Below, one piece after another: positions 1 through 12,545 of a DNA stretch of 64,000 bases. Position numbers and translations under genes: made by a program. Origin of the DNA: Callorhinchus milii (Eukaryota); contig NW_024704742.1 in the NCBI RefSeq assembly GCF_018977255.1, forward strand, positions 56,360,001 to 56,424,000, read 5' to 3'. How positions within the stretch are numbered: the stretch's first letter is position 1; each line of letters opens with the position of its first letter. Below the pieces are notes generated by a model. It was given only the letters and a program-made list of their open reading frames with translations. It was not told where the DNA came from and did no database searches.

Positions 1-1992
1 CGCCAATTGTGGCTCGAGCATCTCCACAGCTACCGCCGTTCTTTGACCTGTGCAAAAATGGCCTTCTACTCCAACATCATCTTGGAGGCTAAACACAACC
101 CAAAAATCCTTTTTTCCACTGCCCACTACCTCCTCCGTGCCCCCACTCCGGCCTCCTCAATCTTCATATCAAATGCCAAGTGCAAGGAGGTCATGGACTT
201 CTTTTCTTCTAAAATACCTAACATCCGCCAGGCAGCCTCATCCACCTGCACCTTGTCACCCATCACCAAGCCCTCTCTGTCCCCCTCACCTTCATCATCA
301 TCTGCTCCTATCACCACCCCCTTTCTACATTCCTTCCTCCCCATCTCTCCCTCCTCCCTCTCACCCACCATCACCTACATGAAACCTACCACCTGCTGCC
401 TCGACACCCTCCCCACCAACTTACTGGTCACCCAGCTCCCCCTCCACTACCCACTACTGGCTGACATCATCAACCAATCCCTCTCCTCCGGATCAGTCCC
501 TGCCTCCCTCAAAACTGCTGTCATCACGCCCCTCCTGAAAAAACCCTCCCTAGATCCCTCAAACCCTAGCCACTACCACCCTATTTCTAACCTGCCCTTC
601 CTCGCAAAAGTTCTAGAACGCGTCGTTGCCAACCAACTCCGCGCACACCTTTCCTCCCACTCCCTCTTCGAACCTCTCCAGTCCAGTTTCCGCCCTGTGC
701 ACAGTACAGAGACTGCAATTGTGAAAGTCACAAACGACATCCTCTCTATCTGTGACCAGGGCTCCCTCTGCCTCCTTGTCCTCCTGGACCTCTCTGCCGC
801 ATTCGACACAGTCGATCACGTCATCCTCCTCCACTGCCTTTCCTCCGTCATCCACCTCAATGGGGCCGCACTCCCCTGGTTCGAGTCCTACCTCATAAAC
901 CGCCAGCAATACATCTGCACAAATGGCTTCTCCTCCTGCTCTCACCCGGTCACCTGCGGGTTACCCCAAACATCCATCCTTGGCTCCTCCTCTTTCTGAT
1001 CTACATGCTCCCTCTTGGGATGTCATCCGTAGACATGGGGTACATTTCCACATGTATGCAGATGACACCCAACTCTATTTTTCCACCTCTCTTTGCGACC
1101 CCCAGTCCGCTAATGTTCTGTCAGCCTGCCTGTCAGATCTCAGGGACTGGATGAGCGCAAACTTCCTTCAGCTGAATGTTGACATGACGGAAGCCATACT
1201 CTTTGGCTCTCGTCAACATCTAAAATCTCACGGCTCTCACCTCCTCCACCTACCCGACCTCCCCCTAAAACTCTCCGAACCCATACGCAACCTAGGAGTC
1301 AGGTTCGACCCCCAATTATTCTTCCTCCCCCACATCCGGTCCCTCACCAGGACCGCCTTTTACAACCTCCGACGCATCGCCCTTCTCCGCCAATATGTCT
1401 CCCCAAAAGCCGCTGAAACCCTGGCCCATGTCTTTATCACCTCTCGGCTGGACTACTCCAATGCCCTCCTCCCCAGTCTCCCATCCACTACCATCCATAA
1501 AATTCAAATCATTCAAAAGTCTGCGCCTGCATTCTCACCCGCACAAAACTCCACTCCCCGATCACCCCAGTTCTTGCCAGACTGCACTGGCTGCCTATCC
1601 CAGAGAGGGTCGATTTCAAGATCCTCACCCTTGTATTCAAGTCTCTGCACTCCTCTGCACTACCCTACCTCTCTGACCTCCTCTCTCCTCAAAACAGTAC
1701 CCGTTGCCTTCGTTCCTCCGAATCTGGCCTCCTCCTCATCCCCTCAGTCCTCTGCTCCACCCTCGGCAGCCGTGCCTTCAGCTACTATGCTCCGAGGTTC
1801 TGGAACTGCCTTCCTCACTTCTTTCGTCTTCCTCCCTCCCTTTCCATTTTCAGGTCTCTGCTTTCTTTTCGACCGCGCCTTTGGTTACCTTCCTCCCCCT
1901 CCCCCTGACTCGGTCCCGGGATCTGTAAAGCGCTCTGAGATGCCGTCCGGCATGGAGGACGCTATATAAATCCAAGTTGTTGTTGTTGTTGT
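1..1992 (+). mobile_element. L2-clade LINE, 3' half of ORF2 (RT) with frameshifts, 3' stem-loop and (GTT)n tail; runs off window start
   Basis: ORFs 7..999 and 923..1969 carry L2 RT motifs [56 protein letters not shown]; ends GCTATATAAATCCAA(GTT)n at about 1961-1992. Confidence 0.95.
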
Positions 1993-2071
1993 AAAATAGT
2001 TTTAGAAATTATACTGTAAAATAAAAAACTCTCATAATGGTAAAATTAACATTGTTAATGTTTTACTGGAG

Positions 2072-2583
2072 ATGTTTTACTCCAAGATAATCCTGGAGTT
2101 GAAGAACAACCCCAGGCCCCTCTTCTCCATCACCAACCAGCTCCTCCATCCACCCTCTCAACGTTGCCCATCTTCTCCTCCAACTCCAGCTGCGAGGAGA
2201 TGCTGGACTTCCTCAAGACCAAAATCCAGGGGATCCACTCAGCTACCTCTCCACTTACCACTGCCCTTCCAACTTTGCCCACCACCCGCTCACACTCTGG
2301 CCCCTACCCACCTCCACACCTTCAACCTTGGCTACCCCTCCTCTCTCACCACCATTATGACCCAAATGAAACCCACCACCTGCTCCCTTGATCCCATCCC
2401 TACCCCTCTCCTTACCTCCCAGCTCCACCTCCTTGCCCCTCTACTCACAGACATCATCAACCTCTCCCTGTCCACTGGCACTGTTCCCACCTCCTTAGAA
2501 ACAGCCATTATCACCTCCACTGGACCCATACCTGCTGTATCCGTGCTATCCACAGTACAGAAACAGCCTTGGTCAAAGTGACC
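2072..2583 (+). mobile_element. L2 ORF2 internal fragment
   Basis: Translates in pieces to FYSKIILELKNNPRPLF, MKPTTCSLDPIPT, LSTGTVPTSLETAII; homologous to other L2 copies in window. Confidence 0.85.
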
Positions 2584-2889
2584 GTATGAGGTTTCATTAT
2601 CAACATTGAATCAGTTACGAAACCATGCATTTTTAACTCCACAATGTGTTGACATCATCAATCATTTATACTTTACTTTTCACTCATGCTTCTAATATTG
2701 GGGGTTACTAGGGCAGAAAATGAAATCATTCACACCCCATTGCTGGGCACAAATTGGTTGCTGTATTTGTGTATAGAGTAATTCCTGTGAAACACTTTGA
2801 AGTACTCCAATGATGCTTGTTGGATGGCAAGTAAATAACTAGTTCCTTTCCTCCTTGGGTAGGAAGGTAAGTGGGGGCTTCTTGGAGAT

Positions 2890-3146
2890 GACATGTTTAG
2901 CTTGCTAGACAATGCATTCAATGGCAAGGTATGCAGTTTTAGCTGGCTGGTTAGACTCCAACAGGACCCCACACCTGGCTCTTGTCAATCTGAATCTAGC
3001 ACTCTCTGGAATTAGGAAAACAGGATGTGTACTCCAGGAAGAGAGTGCACATTCCATTCCAATAAATATCTCTGGAATTTCCATGTTTAGGTGGGAATCA
3101 TGGAACTCTGTTTGGTTGGATATATTTATGCTCATGGGTTTCTGCA
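2890..3146 (-). repeat. Unassigned dispersed repeat family X, copy 1 (partial)
   Basis: Reverse complement shares TATCCAA..AGAGTTCCA, GGAATGGAATGTGCA, CTAATTCCAGAGAG, GACAAGAGCCA and GGAGTCTAACCAGC blocks with 9715-10420. Confidence 0.75.
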
Positions 3147-3679
3147 TGAAAGGCGCTATATCAAATTCAAATGCAAAGATTATTATTATGTATTTATATA
3201 TAAATGATCTATAATTAGATAAACGGATCTAAGTTGTCTAAATGTACAGATTTTACTTAACTGTAGGCATCGACAAACTGCTAGGAGAAATGCAGAAGAC
3301 GACATGATGACCAAAACATGTCAGCAGAGTGAACAGATTGGCAAATGAAATTTAGTGCAGAAAAATAAAATGTGGTGAATATTTGGAGGAAGATTCAAGA
3401 ATGAAAATGTACCCTGAATGCTAATATTCTTATTGCAGTGGAAGAGAAAGAGGACATAGAAATTCTAAGTTTTGGGGATCCTAAATAAACTCCCTTCTTT
3501 TTCCGAAGAGTGCTATGGGATTTTTAATATTCACCTGAACAGGCAGATGGGAACTTGGCCTAAATTTTCTGAAGGAGGCAAATTTTCAAAAATGACCAAA
3601 TTTTGCACAATGTCTTCTTGGTTTCCAGTATTAATTAAGCAAAAACACAAGATATGAATCTGACTTTACAAACCACCTC

Positions 3680-3953
3680 AAAGTGCATTCAATGGAAAGC
3701 TTTGCAGTTTTATCTGGTTAAACTCCACCCAAACACACACTCTGGAACCTCCAAGCATTGGTTCTTGCATGTCTAACACCTGATATCCTCTGGAATTATG
3801 AACGCAGTTTACATTCCTCAGGGGAGAGATTGCATATTCCATTCCAGGCATGGGAATTTTCATGTATAGGTGGAATACATGGAATTCTCAGTCTGGTTTG
3901 GATACTCCTAAGATATGATAGCTTTCTGCATGTGTCAAACACCTGGCTGACCA
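3680..3953 (-). repeat. Unassigned dispersed repeat family X, copy 2
   Basis: Reverse complement begins TGGTCAGCCAGGTGTTTGACAC and follows the same blocks as copies at 9715 and 33766. Confidence 0.8.
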
Positions 3954-4769
3954 AATTTGTTTTCAGATATATTACCTATCCTGAAAGTGGTGAATATGTG
4001 GAATGAACTGTATCGTTATGCCCGCAAAGTCAAAATGGAATTAGGTAGCAAATAAATCAATGGAACGGTATGAGAGATAGTGAATAAGTTTGCTTTGAGA
4101 CTGGCTAGATGCTCCTTATATTTTAATTTTTTTTATATTTGTGTATAGTCATACATTCCTATCATCATGCTTCTAGCATGCTTTACCAATACATACTGTG
4201 ATGTATACAGTACTTGCGTGGAGGAAAGATGGACAGAAATTGTGTTGTGCGCGTAATAGACCTTTTAGAGTGGATCTGGTTGAGCAATTAACCAGATTTA
4301 AATTGTGACCAAATGCAGAAGTTCATTCTAGGTCAACTTTGGCTTGAATTTATCCACAGAGGCAGCTCAGGCAATGATTTACAAATCCACCCTGTTTTCT
4401 GTGGGGGATTGTACCTTACCTCATCAAATCCTTTCCTCAAATGAAATAATACCATTCTATCTATTTCTTAAATTGCCAGAATCCTACAACACATGTACGG
4501 TTCAACTGATCTTATTACGGCATTGCCTAGACTTTGACATTTATATCACTGCAATCTTGAAAACGACTTCCTGTGCTTGAACGCACAAAAAACAAAACCT
4601 GGAAAAGCATGCTTGTAGAACAGTTTTATGTTTATTTAATTAGAAAATAATTAATTAGAATGGAAAATATTCGTGTCAGTAACAACACTTTTAATATAAA
4701 GTCTAAGATGGGAAGTTAACTGGGAATCAGAGGTAATATCATTCGCTGTTTGAAGTACTAAAGAAGTAT

Positions 4770-5130
4770 TAGCTGACTCAGTTGGTAGCACTCTCTCCTC
4801 TGATTCAGAGGTTGTAGGTTCTGAAACCCACATTGGGACTTTGAGTTCACAGTCCAGGCTAGCAATCCAGAGCAGTGCTGGGAGGAGCACTGAGTTATCT
4901 TAATACAGACAAAAGTCCCATCTACCTGTTCAAGTAGATGTTAAAGATCCTGTGGCATTATTCAAAAAGAGAAGAGTTTCTCCAACTCTTCGACAACAAT
5001 CCTCACATAAAAAACAAATGCTCACAGCATTCATGGCTTTTTTGGGACATTGCTGTTTGCAAATTGGCTGTTTCATTCACCTACAAAATACACAGACACT
5101 ACACTATACAGTACATCTTATATGAAATGT
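4770..5130 (+). mobile_element. Old tRNA-headed Deu-domain SINE (SacSINE1/AmnSINE1-like), family B
   Basis: Head GACTCAGTTGGTAGCACTCTCTCCTCTGATTCAGA; body GATGTTAAAGATCCTGTGGCATTATTCAAAAAGAG and GGGACATTGCTGTTTGCAAATTGGCTG match recalled Deu-domain consensus; many copies in window. Confidence 0.8.
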
Positions 5131-5907
5131 GAGGATTATTATAATTTCATTATAATACCAAGGGTCAATAAATTACTTTACTTTGCTAACCTTGAAAGCC
5201 CTGGCAAATAGCCCGAGGTACATGATGACTCTTGTGAAGCCATGAGCTTCCTTCCATCTGCACTCCGAAACACAATTGAAGTAATGAGAAAGCTTTGAAG
5301 AATGTTATGATCTGTTCTTTTTGGGAACATTATTATCTGCCCTCTCAGTAAGAACAAAAAACAAGATGCTGCATTTTCGCCCAAGTTCAATAGCATAGGC
5401 AGCATTTATCTTGGTTTCTTTTTGTTGCTGCAAATTGAGGTTTCAGACAGAATTTGAGGCTGAAGTTTTTCATACACCACTTTGCCTTCCATCAAGACTT
5501 GACCAGAAAACAATAGGTGTGATAATAGGAAAATTATGACACATTATTGTGAATAATGAGAAGCTATCATACATAAAGTATGCTATATAATTGCAAGTGG
5601 TTGATGGTAAATGGAGTCAATAAAGCCAGTTCATGATATAACTTGTGTGATTCTTTATCATCCTCAACTCCATCAGAATGGATGGGCACTGAAGACATTC
5701 ATTGTGTCCATTATACTGGCTGACCCACACACTGAAGGGGAGCTTAACTGTGGAGTCAGGGAGAATGGTCACATCAATAGGGAGGACGCGGGAGAGGTGG
5801 GGAGAGAATGGCTGACATCTACAGCCAATCCGGGGGCAGAGGTGGAGGGTTGGGAATCACATCCACGGCTAGTTGGTGGGGAGGGGGAGTTCACGCCCAT
5901 AGCTACC

Positions 5908-6097
5908 CAGAGCAAATCAGATCAAAATGTAGTTGTGTTTCTGCCAAGCTCAAAATTTTGCTTTCAGAAGAAAAATCATAGGGTAGCATTTTGGCGTCTT
6001 AACTCTATACCAAAAAATTCTTTGCTACTACAAATTAAGGGATGATTTAGCACCCCTGAAACTGTGCATAGAATAACAGATGAGCTTGGCAGCCCTG
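5908..6097. mobile_element. hAT-type MITE with interrupted left TIR
   Basis: Right end GAGCTTGGCAGCCCTG; left end CAGAGC + about 28 extra nt + TGCCAAGCTC; flanks TAGCTACC (5900-5907) and AAGCTACC (6098-6105), 7/8 identical. Confidence 0.65.
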
Positions 6098-6283
6098 AAG
6101 CTACCCGAATAAAAGAAATGTGTGTGTGCTATTTCCATAAGCAGGAACTCCCATATCGATAGCCATCAGCATTCACTGCTGTTTATGTGGCTGAGTTGGT
6201 TCATGATGGATGTAAAAATGTATTGTGTTATACATACGGTTGTAGAATTCTGAAATATACTCCAAATAGTAGAACCACAGGGG

Positions 6284-6638
6284 TATAATAATAATAATCC
6301 TTGCATTTGATACAGTGCCTTATCACGTTTTCAAGACATCTCAAAGCGCTTCACATAATATACTGTAAAGTGAATTGACTGTATATTTTGTACAGTGTTC
6401 CACACAAAGTCATGGATTGAAGTGACCAAATTATTATTGTTATTTTTTGTTTTGAAGGAATTAATATGCCCGGAAAAGCGATCCACCAATCGACTAACAA
6501 CCGGGTTCCTACTTATTGCTAGGTAAACAGAGGCATGTGGAGTAAGGAAACCTGCCCAACATTTCATCCTGCCAGGAATCGAACCCAGGTCTGTCTCTTG
6601 CGAGGCGAGTGCTCTAACCACTGAACTACAGGACTCCA
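6284..6638 (-). mobile_element. tRNA-derived SINE family A, long form, full length
   Basis: Minus strand: TGGAGTCCTGTAGTTCAGTGG (A box), GGTTCGATTCC (B box), CORE-like segment, Deu-like 3' half, stem-loop and CAAATGCAAGG(ATT)n tail. Confidence 0.9.
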
Positions 6639-8221
6639 CATATTTGGGATGCAGATACAAGGATCTTTTAAGATATAGATACGGTTGGAAAAAATTATTA
6701 AAAGAAATAATTTCATACTGGTTTTTATATACAAAGGGCACATTAACATGAAAATAAGCAGGTCATGTTGAATCTGTATAAGACATTGGTTCAGTCACAA
6801 TTGTTGTGTGTTGTGATGTTTTGTCTGTTCTACTACTGGGGTCTCCATGAGTGGTATGTGGGTTCCTGGGGAAACTTTATGTAAATTGTGTACCATTCAA
6901 CCCAGGAAGACCATACGTTTCAGTTGTCATATAAAATGAGACATATCACTTATCGCTTTGTTGTTTAGATTCACAATAAAGCTCACTTGCAAATATATTT
7001 CATCCCTTCCATTTTTTTTCACCTGGGCATAATGAAGCAGCTTGCAGCCTACCCCATATCATCTGTTACAATCTTTCACAATAACTGTATCTTGGCAATG
7101 TGCTAATCAATGCCCCTGGAATGTCCTCAATGTACAGTATCTGCACATTTATACATCACTAATGCCAGTGAGCTGTCCTGTGGGGCATGTCCTGTGAACA
7201 TATAAAACTGCTGATACCAGAACTTGACCTCTTAGTCTAGGATAATACTACACTGCAGTTCTCGATCAGAGTTTCATGGCCAGAGGTAACGACTTTTGGG
7301 TGAGATTCTGTCTGTCTGTTCTTCAGGTGGGTGCTATGGGTCTCAATTACATATTGCTTAACCTTTAGTCTCAGTGTTTGCCTTTCTTGTCCAGCAGGCT
7401 CCACTTGCTGTTTGTTTCCCTTTATTTTCATACAACATGATCTGACTTCGTTTTTCCGCCTGCTTTAGTAATGGTAAAACAAAATCAAAATAGTCCTCTC
7501 AGCCCATTTCACTTTGTGCAAAGCGATCAAGGTGCGAAAAATATTCACTAGGCCATAAAAATAGAAATGGAAATATTTGGAATCATTTACTTAATATTGT
7601 TAAATTTGATTTTTTTTAAAAAATAGAGCACTTAAATGTAACTTCCAATGTTTTTAGGATCTGTAATGATTCTTAAAGAGTGTTTTGCACAATTGGGACC
7701 TCTTTCAGAGATTATTTTATTTCAGTGGATTACGATTCATTTCTCTCAAAAGGTTGAGTGTTGTGTTGATTAGAAGGAATGTGACAGGACTCTATTAATA
7801 TACAAACATGTGCTGCAGCTCAGGATCCATGTGTTGTTCATTTCCTTCCCCTGCTCTGTTGGGCTCCATAAACTCTCCAAGAAAGCACTTTCAATGATGT
7901 CAATGGCACTCACTGATCAAACAAAATATTTGAAACCTAACAGGATTTAATGGAGCAAAAGAAAATAGTACTGAAGCAAATTATAATTCTTTTCGACTGA
8001 TGTTTAAATTGGATCCCAAAGGTAAGCTTCCCTCATAAAGAATTCATCGTTATTACAGGAAATGTTAATTAATCTCCTGCACTGCATGTATAGTCTCCTG
8101 GAGGTATTAAGTAAACTGTTTCTGTTGATATTCTGGCTGTTAATTTGAAAACTCTGCTTGAAACCCAAACACATGCAACTATCGTCACATTGGTGTAACA
8201 AGTACCCAGGGGGAACTGGTG

Positions 8222-8646
8222 CAACAACAATAAAATTACATTTGTAAAGCGCCTTTCACATCTGGAGGACATCCCAAGGGGCTGAACAGTCAGGAATCAG
8301 GACCCGAGTATGGGGAGGGGCAGGGTTGGGGTGAGGGAGGGCAGAGTGGGTAGGAGGGCAGCTGAAGGCATGGTCAAAAAGGAGGGTTTGGAGTCATGCC
8401 TTAAAGGAGGCAAGAGAGGGAGCAAGGCAAAGGGATTGTGGGATGGAGTTCCAAAGGGTGGGGGCAGAGAGGCTGAAAGCCCGGCCACCGATGGTGGGAT
8501 GGGTCGGGCGGGAGACAGAGCAGGCTGAGCGGAGGAAATGGGCAGGTTGATATGGCGTCAGTGAGTCAGAGTTGTAGAGGGGGATCAAGACCTTGAAAGT
8601 GAGGATGAGGGATTTGAATTCTATCCTCTAAGGGATGGGGAACCAT
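8222..8646 (-). mobile_element. L2 3' fragment with tail
   Basis: Minus strand encodes [23 protein letters not shown]; (AAC)n tail complement at 8222. Confidence 0.9.
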
Positions 8647-8935
8647 CTTTTGCAAAAGACAATAGGTGAAAGGTCACCTAACTAGCTTTATAAACGGAGA
8701 TTGATTCGGAAGAGAATTGGAAGAAAGAATTGAAGAATGAGAGTGATCGAATTGCATGGGCCGTAATACCTGCATACTTTTGAGTGATCAAATTGAACAA
8801 ACAAAGATACCTGGATACTTTTGGGCGATATTAAATTTTAGAATAAAATGGACATTAAATTGGACATTGTTACTCTATCTCTTTCGCAACATTTGGTTAG
8901 ATCAACTTAAATCATTGTGAACTATACGTCAATAC

Positions 8936-9025
8936 GTCACACGGTGAGAGAGACAGCCACACAGTGAAAGAGACATAGTTACACAATGAGAGAGACACAG
9001 TCACACAGTGAGAGACACAGTTAGA
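8936..9025. repeat. Degenerate minisatellite, about 20-22 bp unit (GAGAGACACAGTCACACAGT), about 4 copies
   Basis: Direct reading of repeated units. Confidence 0.7.
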
Positions 9026-9039
9026 CCAAGCTAGATTAG

Positions 9040-9700
9040 TTAAATATGACCTATTCTTCACAAATCCAAGCTAACTCCCTTTAATCAGCTCAAAGCTATC
9101 CAGGTATTCAGTCAGTGTTCATATGGTAGATTCCAGTAACTTCCCCACAACTGATGTTATATTGACAGGTCTGTAATTATCTGTCTGTTGCCTCCCTCTC
9201 TTCTCAAAATAATGGTTTGATATTTGCAAATTTCTAATCCATAAGTACAATTCCTGTATCTAGAGACCTTTGGAAAATTACAGCTAACACATCTGCAATT
9301 TCCTCATTTATTCATTTTGATTTCCTGAGGTGGAAATCATAAAGTCCTCGGGATCATTCTATCCTAAATCCCATTATTCTCTCCATTACCATTTTCTTAC
9401 TTATATTAAATCCAGTAATTTCCTCCCCTTGAATATTTTTTCGGTTCTCCTGTACCGTTGGTATTTGTTCTCCTTGACTAATGTGAAAATGGATACAAAG
9501 TACTCATTTAACAAATCTGCCATTGTATTATTCATTGCTATTGTTCATTGTAGTCTTGTTTGCATCTGTCTTTAATGGGCCTACAATACTCTTTACCACT
9601 ATCTTTATTTGTGTTCCTTTTTGCACCTCTTATTACATTCTTTGAAACCCTTTGTTGATTCTGACAGCTTTCCCAGTCTACTGGATTGTCACTTTTCCTT
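9040..9700 (-). mobile_element. Decayed CR1 LINE ORF2 fragment
   Basis: Reverse complement of 9140-9180 reads NYRPVNITSVVGK, the CR1 NYRPxSLTS motif; similar to 25760-26250. Confidence 0.75.
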
Positions 9701-9714
9701 GCTTTTGTTTTTTT

Positions 9715-10420
9715 TGGTCAGCCGGGTGTCTAATACCTGCAAAAATCCATTACCATGATAAGAATATCCAAACGAAACTGAGATTTCCATGCATCTGACC
9801 TACACATATATATATATAAATATACAGTCAATTCACTTTACAGTGTGTTCTGTGAAGCGCTTTGGGACGTCCTCCCGACGTGAAAAGCGCTATATCAAAT
9901 GCAAGGATTATTATTATTATTATTATTATTATTACACATGGAAATCGCACAGATAAATTGTTGGAATGGCATGCTCTCCCTGGAGGGACGCATCCTGCTT
10001 ACCTAATTCCGGAAAGTATCAGGTACAGGTTGGCAAGAGCCAAGGCTTGGGGACACCAGAGTATGCGTTGGGGTACTGCTGGAGTCTAACCAGCTAAAAT
10101 CACATAGTTTGCCATTGATATCACTGTCTGGCAAATTTTCCCACTGCTTGTTCGGCTGAGACCACCCTACCAATTAGTGCTTTGGTTTGCAGCGTTAACA
10201 GGAGTTGAGTGGGATGACTCCTTGCCTCCAGTGACTGGTCTGCCCTTGCAGGTCCTGCCAATGAGCTAGGCTCGCTGTGCTGTCATCAGGGGTGCCCTGG
10301 AATACTGTCGACCTGTATAGCTCAGGAACCAGACTACCGAGACCACCACATTCCATTGCCAAGCCTGTCAGCTTGGAACCAGTTCAGCTCCTAGGAGACC
10401 CCGCATTCGTGTAAATCTTT
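9715..10420 (+). repeat. Unassigned dispersed repeat family X, long copy 3 (contains SINE tail insertion)
   Basis: Starts TGGTCAGCCGGGTGTCT; colinear with 33766-34330 over about 550 bp. Confidence 0.8.
9808..9932 (+). mobile_element. 5'-truncated SINE A 3' end with 7-bp TSD
   Basis: GCGCTTTGGGACGTCCTCCCGACGTGAAAAGCGC hairpin, (ATT)n tail; TACACAT at 9801-9807 and 9933-9939. Confidence 0.85.
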
Positions 10421-10486
10421 TAGTTTGATACTATTTCTTACTTCACTTGTTGACCGTGGTTGCTTTACTACACAAGTAGAGCCTTT

Positions 10487-11000
10487 GAGGATTGATTTCA
10501 AGAGGATTGATTTCAAGATCCTCATCCTCACCTACAAGGCCATTCACGGCCTTGCTCCCTCCTACCTCTCCAACCTACTATCCCCCTACCTACCTGCCCG
10601 TACCCTCCATTCCTCCGGCTCCAGTCTGCTCCACGTCCCCCGCCCCAATCGCCCTACCATCGGTGGCTGGGCCTTCAGCCTCTCAGCCCCGAGGCTCTGG
10701 AACTCTATCCCCCAGTGCCTTCGTCTTGCTTCCTCCCTCTCCTCCTTCAAGGCCGGTCTCAAAACCTTTCTCTTTGACCGAGCCTTAAGCTCCCCTCTCG
10801 ACTCTCTTCCCCCTCCTCGCTCCCTCCCTTCCCTCCCCTCACCCTGACCATTTCCCCCCTCCTTGCTCCCTCCCTTCCCTCCCCTCACCCTGATCATTTC
10901 CCCCCTGCTCAGGTCATGACCCAACTGTGCAGTGCCTTGGGACGTCCTCCTGACGTGAAAGGCACTTTATAAATGGAATGTTGTTGTTGTTGTTGTTGTT
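10487..11000 (+). mobile_element. Young L2 3' fragment, subfamily A
   Basis: Near-identical to 59807-60304; [22 protein letters not shown]...[10 protein letters not shown]; (GTT)n tail. Confidence 0.95.
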
Positions 11001-11227
11001 TGTATTTTACGGGTATCTACCTGTTTTGTATTGTCCAAACGTTTCAATATTTTTAGTTATTTGATGAACGTGTTTTTGAACAGTGTTCTATTTAACACTG
11101 TTGTTCATTAACATATCACAAGGCTCAATTTTCATTATTTTTATTTTCTGGGAGTCCAACCTGAAGCTTTTTCACTTTGTTTCTTTCCTCACCTCTTTCA
11201 AGGTCTTTCTGAAGACCCTCCTCTTCC

Positions 11228-11590
11228 ATTTGATACAGCATCTTATTACGTCATTGAGGCATCTCAAAGTGCTTCACAGTATACACTATAAAGTGTAGTC
11301 ACTGTGTATTTTGTGGGTGAAGCACAGCAGCCAGTTATGCACAGTGACCAATTTTATCAGTGTTGGCCGAGACACTGGAAGAAATTCCCTTCTCTTTTCA
11401 AATAGTGCCATGGGAACTTAAGCATTCACCTGGACAAGCAAACGGGATCTCTGTTTAATGTCTCATCAAAGAATGGCACCTCTGACAATGCAACATACCC
11501 CTAGCGCTGTATTGGAGTGTCAGCTTCAACTATGTGATTCCATGTCTTGACGTGGAGTTTGAACCCACAACTTCAGAGACGAGAGTGCTC
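11228..11590 (-). mobile_element. Deu-domain SINE family B
   Basis: Reverse complement of the family B pattern (TTCAAATAGTGCCATGGGA..., GAACCCACAACTTCAGAG on plus strand). Confidence 0.75.
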
Positions 11591-12089
11591 ATGAAAATCT
11601 GGAATTTTAAAGGCAATGTGTTCAAGCAAGGATCCTTCCTATTAATGTAGATCTCGGGATGTTACAGAGGGTCTGTGTGTTATTGTGCATGCAGTCCCTG
11701 ATACTCTAAAATTCAGACACCCTGTCTGTGCATGAAATCTTTGCTACCTTTCAATCTGTTGATCTTCTTCCTTTGAAAAGCGACTGCAGCATAATGAATG
11801 CACCATGAAAGATTCAATCACATCCTGTATATATTGTGACATTGTGCACCATAAAATGTCAGCACAATCTCTTCCAGGAGCTTGGAAGAACCCTGTAGTG
11901 AAGAAATTCCAGGCAGTCGCAACTTCAGTTATCATACACCCAAGACATGAAGATGACAGAATAGTAAACAGAACAGCTGCACCAAACTCAAACTTTTTTA
12001 AAGTCAACAAGGACCATCCCCCAAATAATTGGGTAGCTAGGCCATTTTGTGACAACTGAGATAGCTTTACCAGCAGAATAAATCTTTGA

Positions 12090-12545
12090 ATAAACTGTCC
12101 TTTAAACCCCACAAAGGTCCTCTGACCCATTCAGCTTGCCTCACCTACACAACATTGCCCACCTCTGCCATTACCACTCCCCTCGGACTGCCAAGACTCT
12201 GTTCATGCATTCATCACATTCAGCTAGACTATGCCAACTCTCTGTTTGCGGGACTTCCCAACTCTTTCCTCCACAAGCTGTAGACCATTTGCAGATCGTG
12301 TGCCCTCCTGCACTAGGCTCCATCTCCATCCTTACCCAGTGCACTGGCAACTCATCCCCTAAGATCCTTGTCCTCACTTTTAAATTCCATCATGGTCTTG
12401 CTCCACCCTACCTCTGTGACCTTCATAAACCATACCAATCCAACATCTTCCTTAGCTGTTTCATGTCCCTTGACCCACCAGCAGTGGTCAACCATCCTTG
12501 ACTGTCAGGACCTTGGGCCACCCTTCCAATGTGAAAGACATTATA
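12090..12545 (+). mobile_element. Old degenerate L2 3' fragment
   Basis: LDYANSLFAGLPNSFLHKL and KILVLTFKFHHGLAPPYL; decayed terminal hairpin. Confidence 0.75.

Noticed and set aside
6565..6638. tRNA-Ala-like sequences (also near 22500-22574, 44325-44394, 62695-62763)
   Set aside because: They are SINE heads continuous with SINE bodies, with imperfect arms; not tRNA genes
11744..12130. Overlapping 128-aa and 84-aa ORFs in mostly unique DNA
   Set aside because: No recognisable protein motifs or convincing splice boundaries
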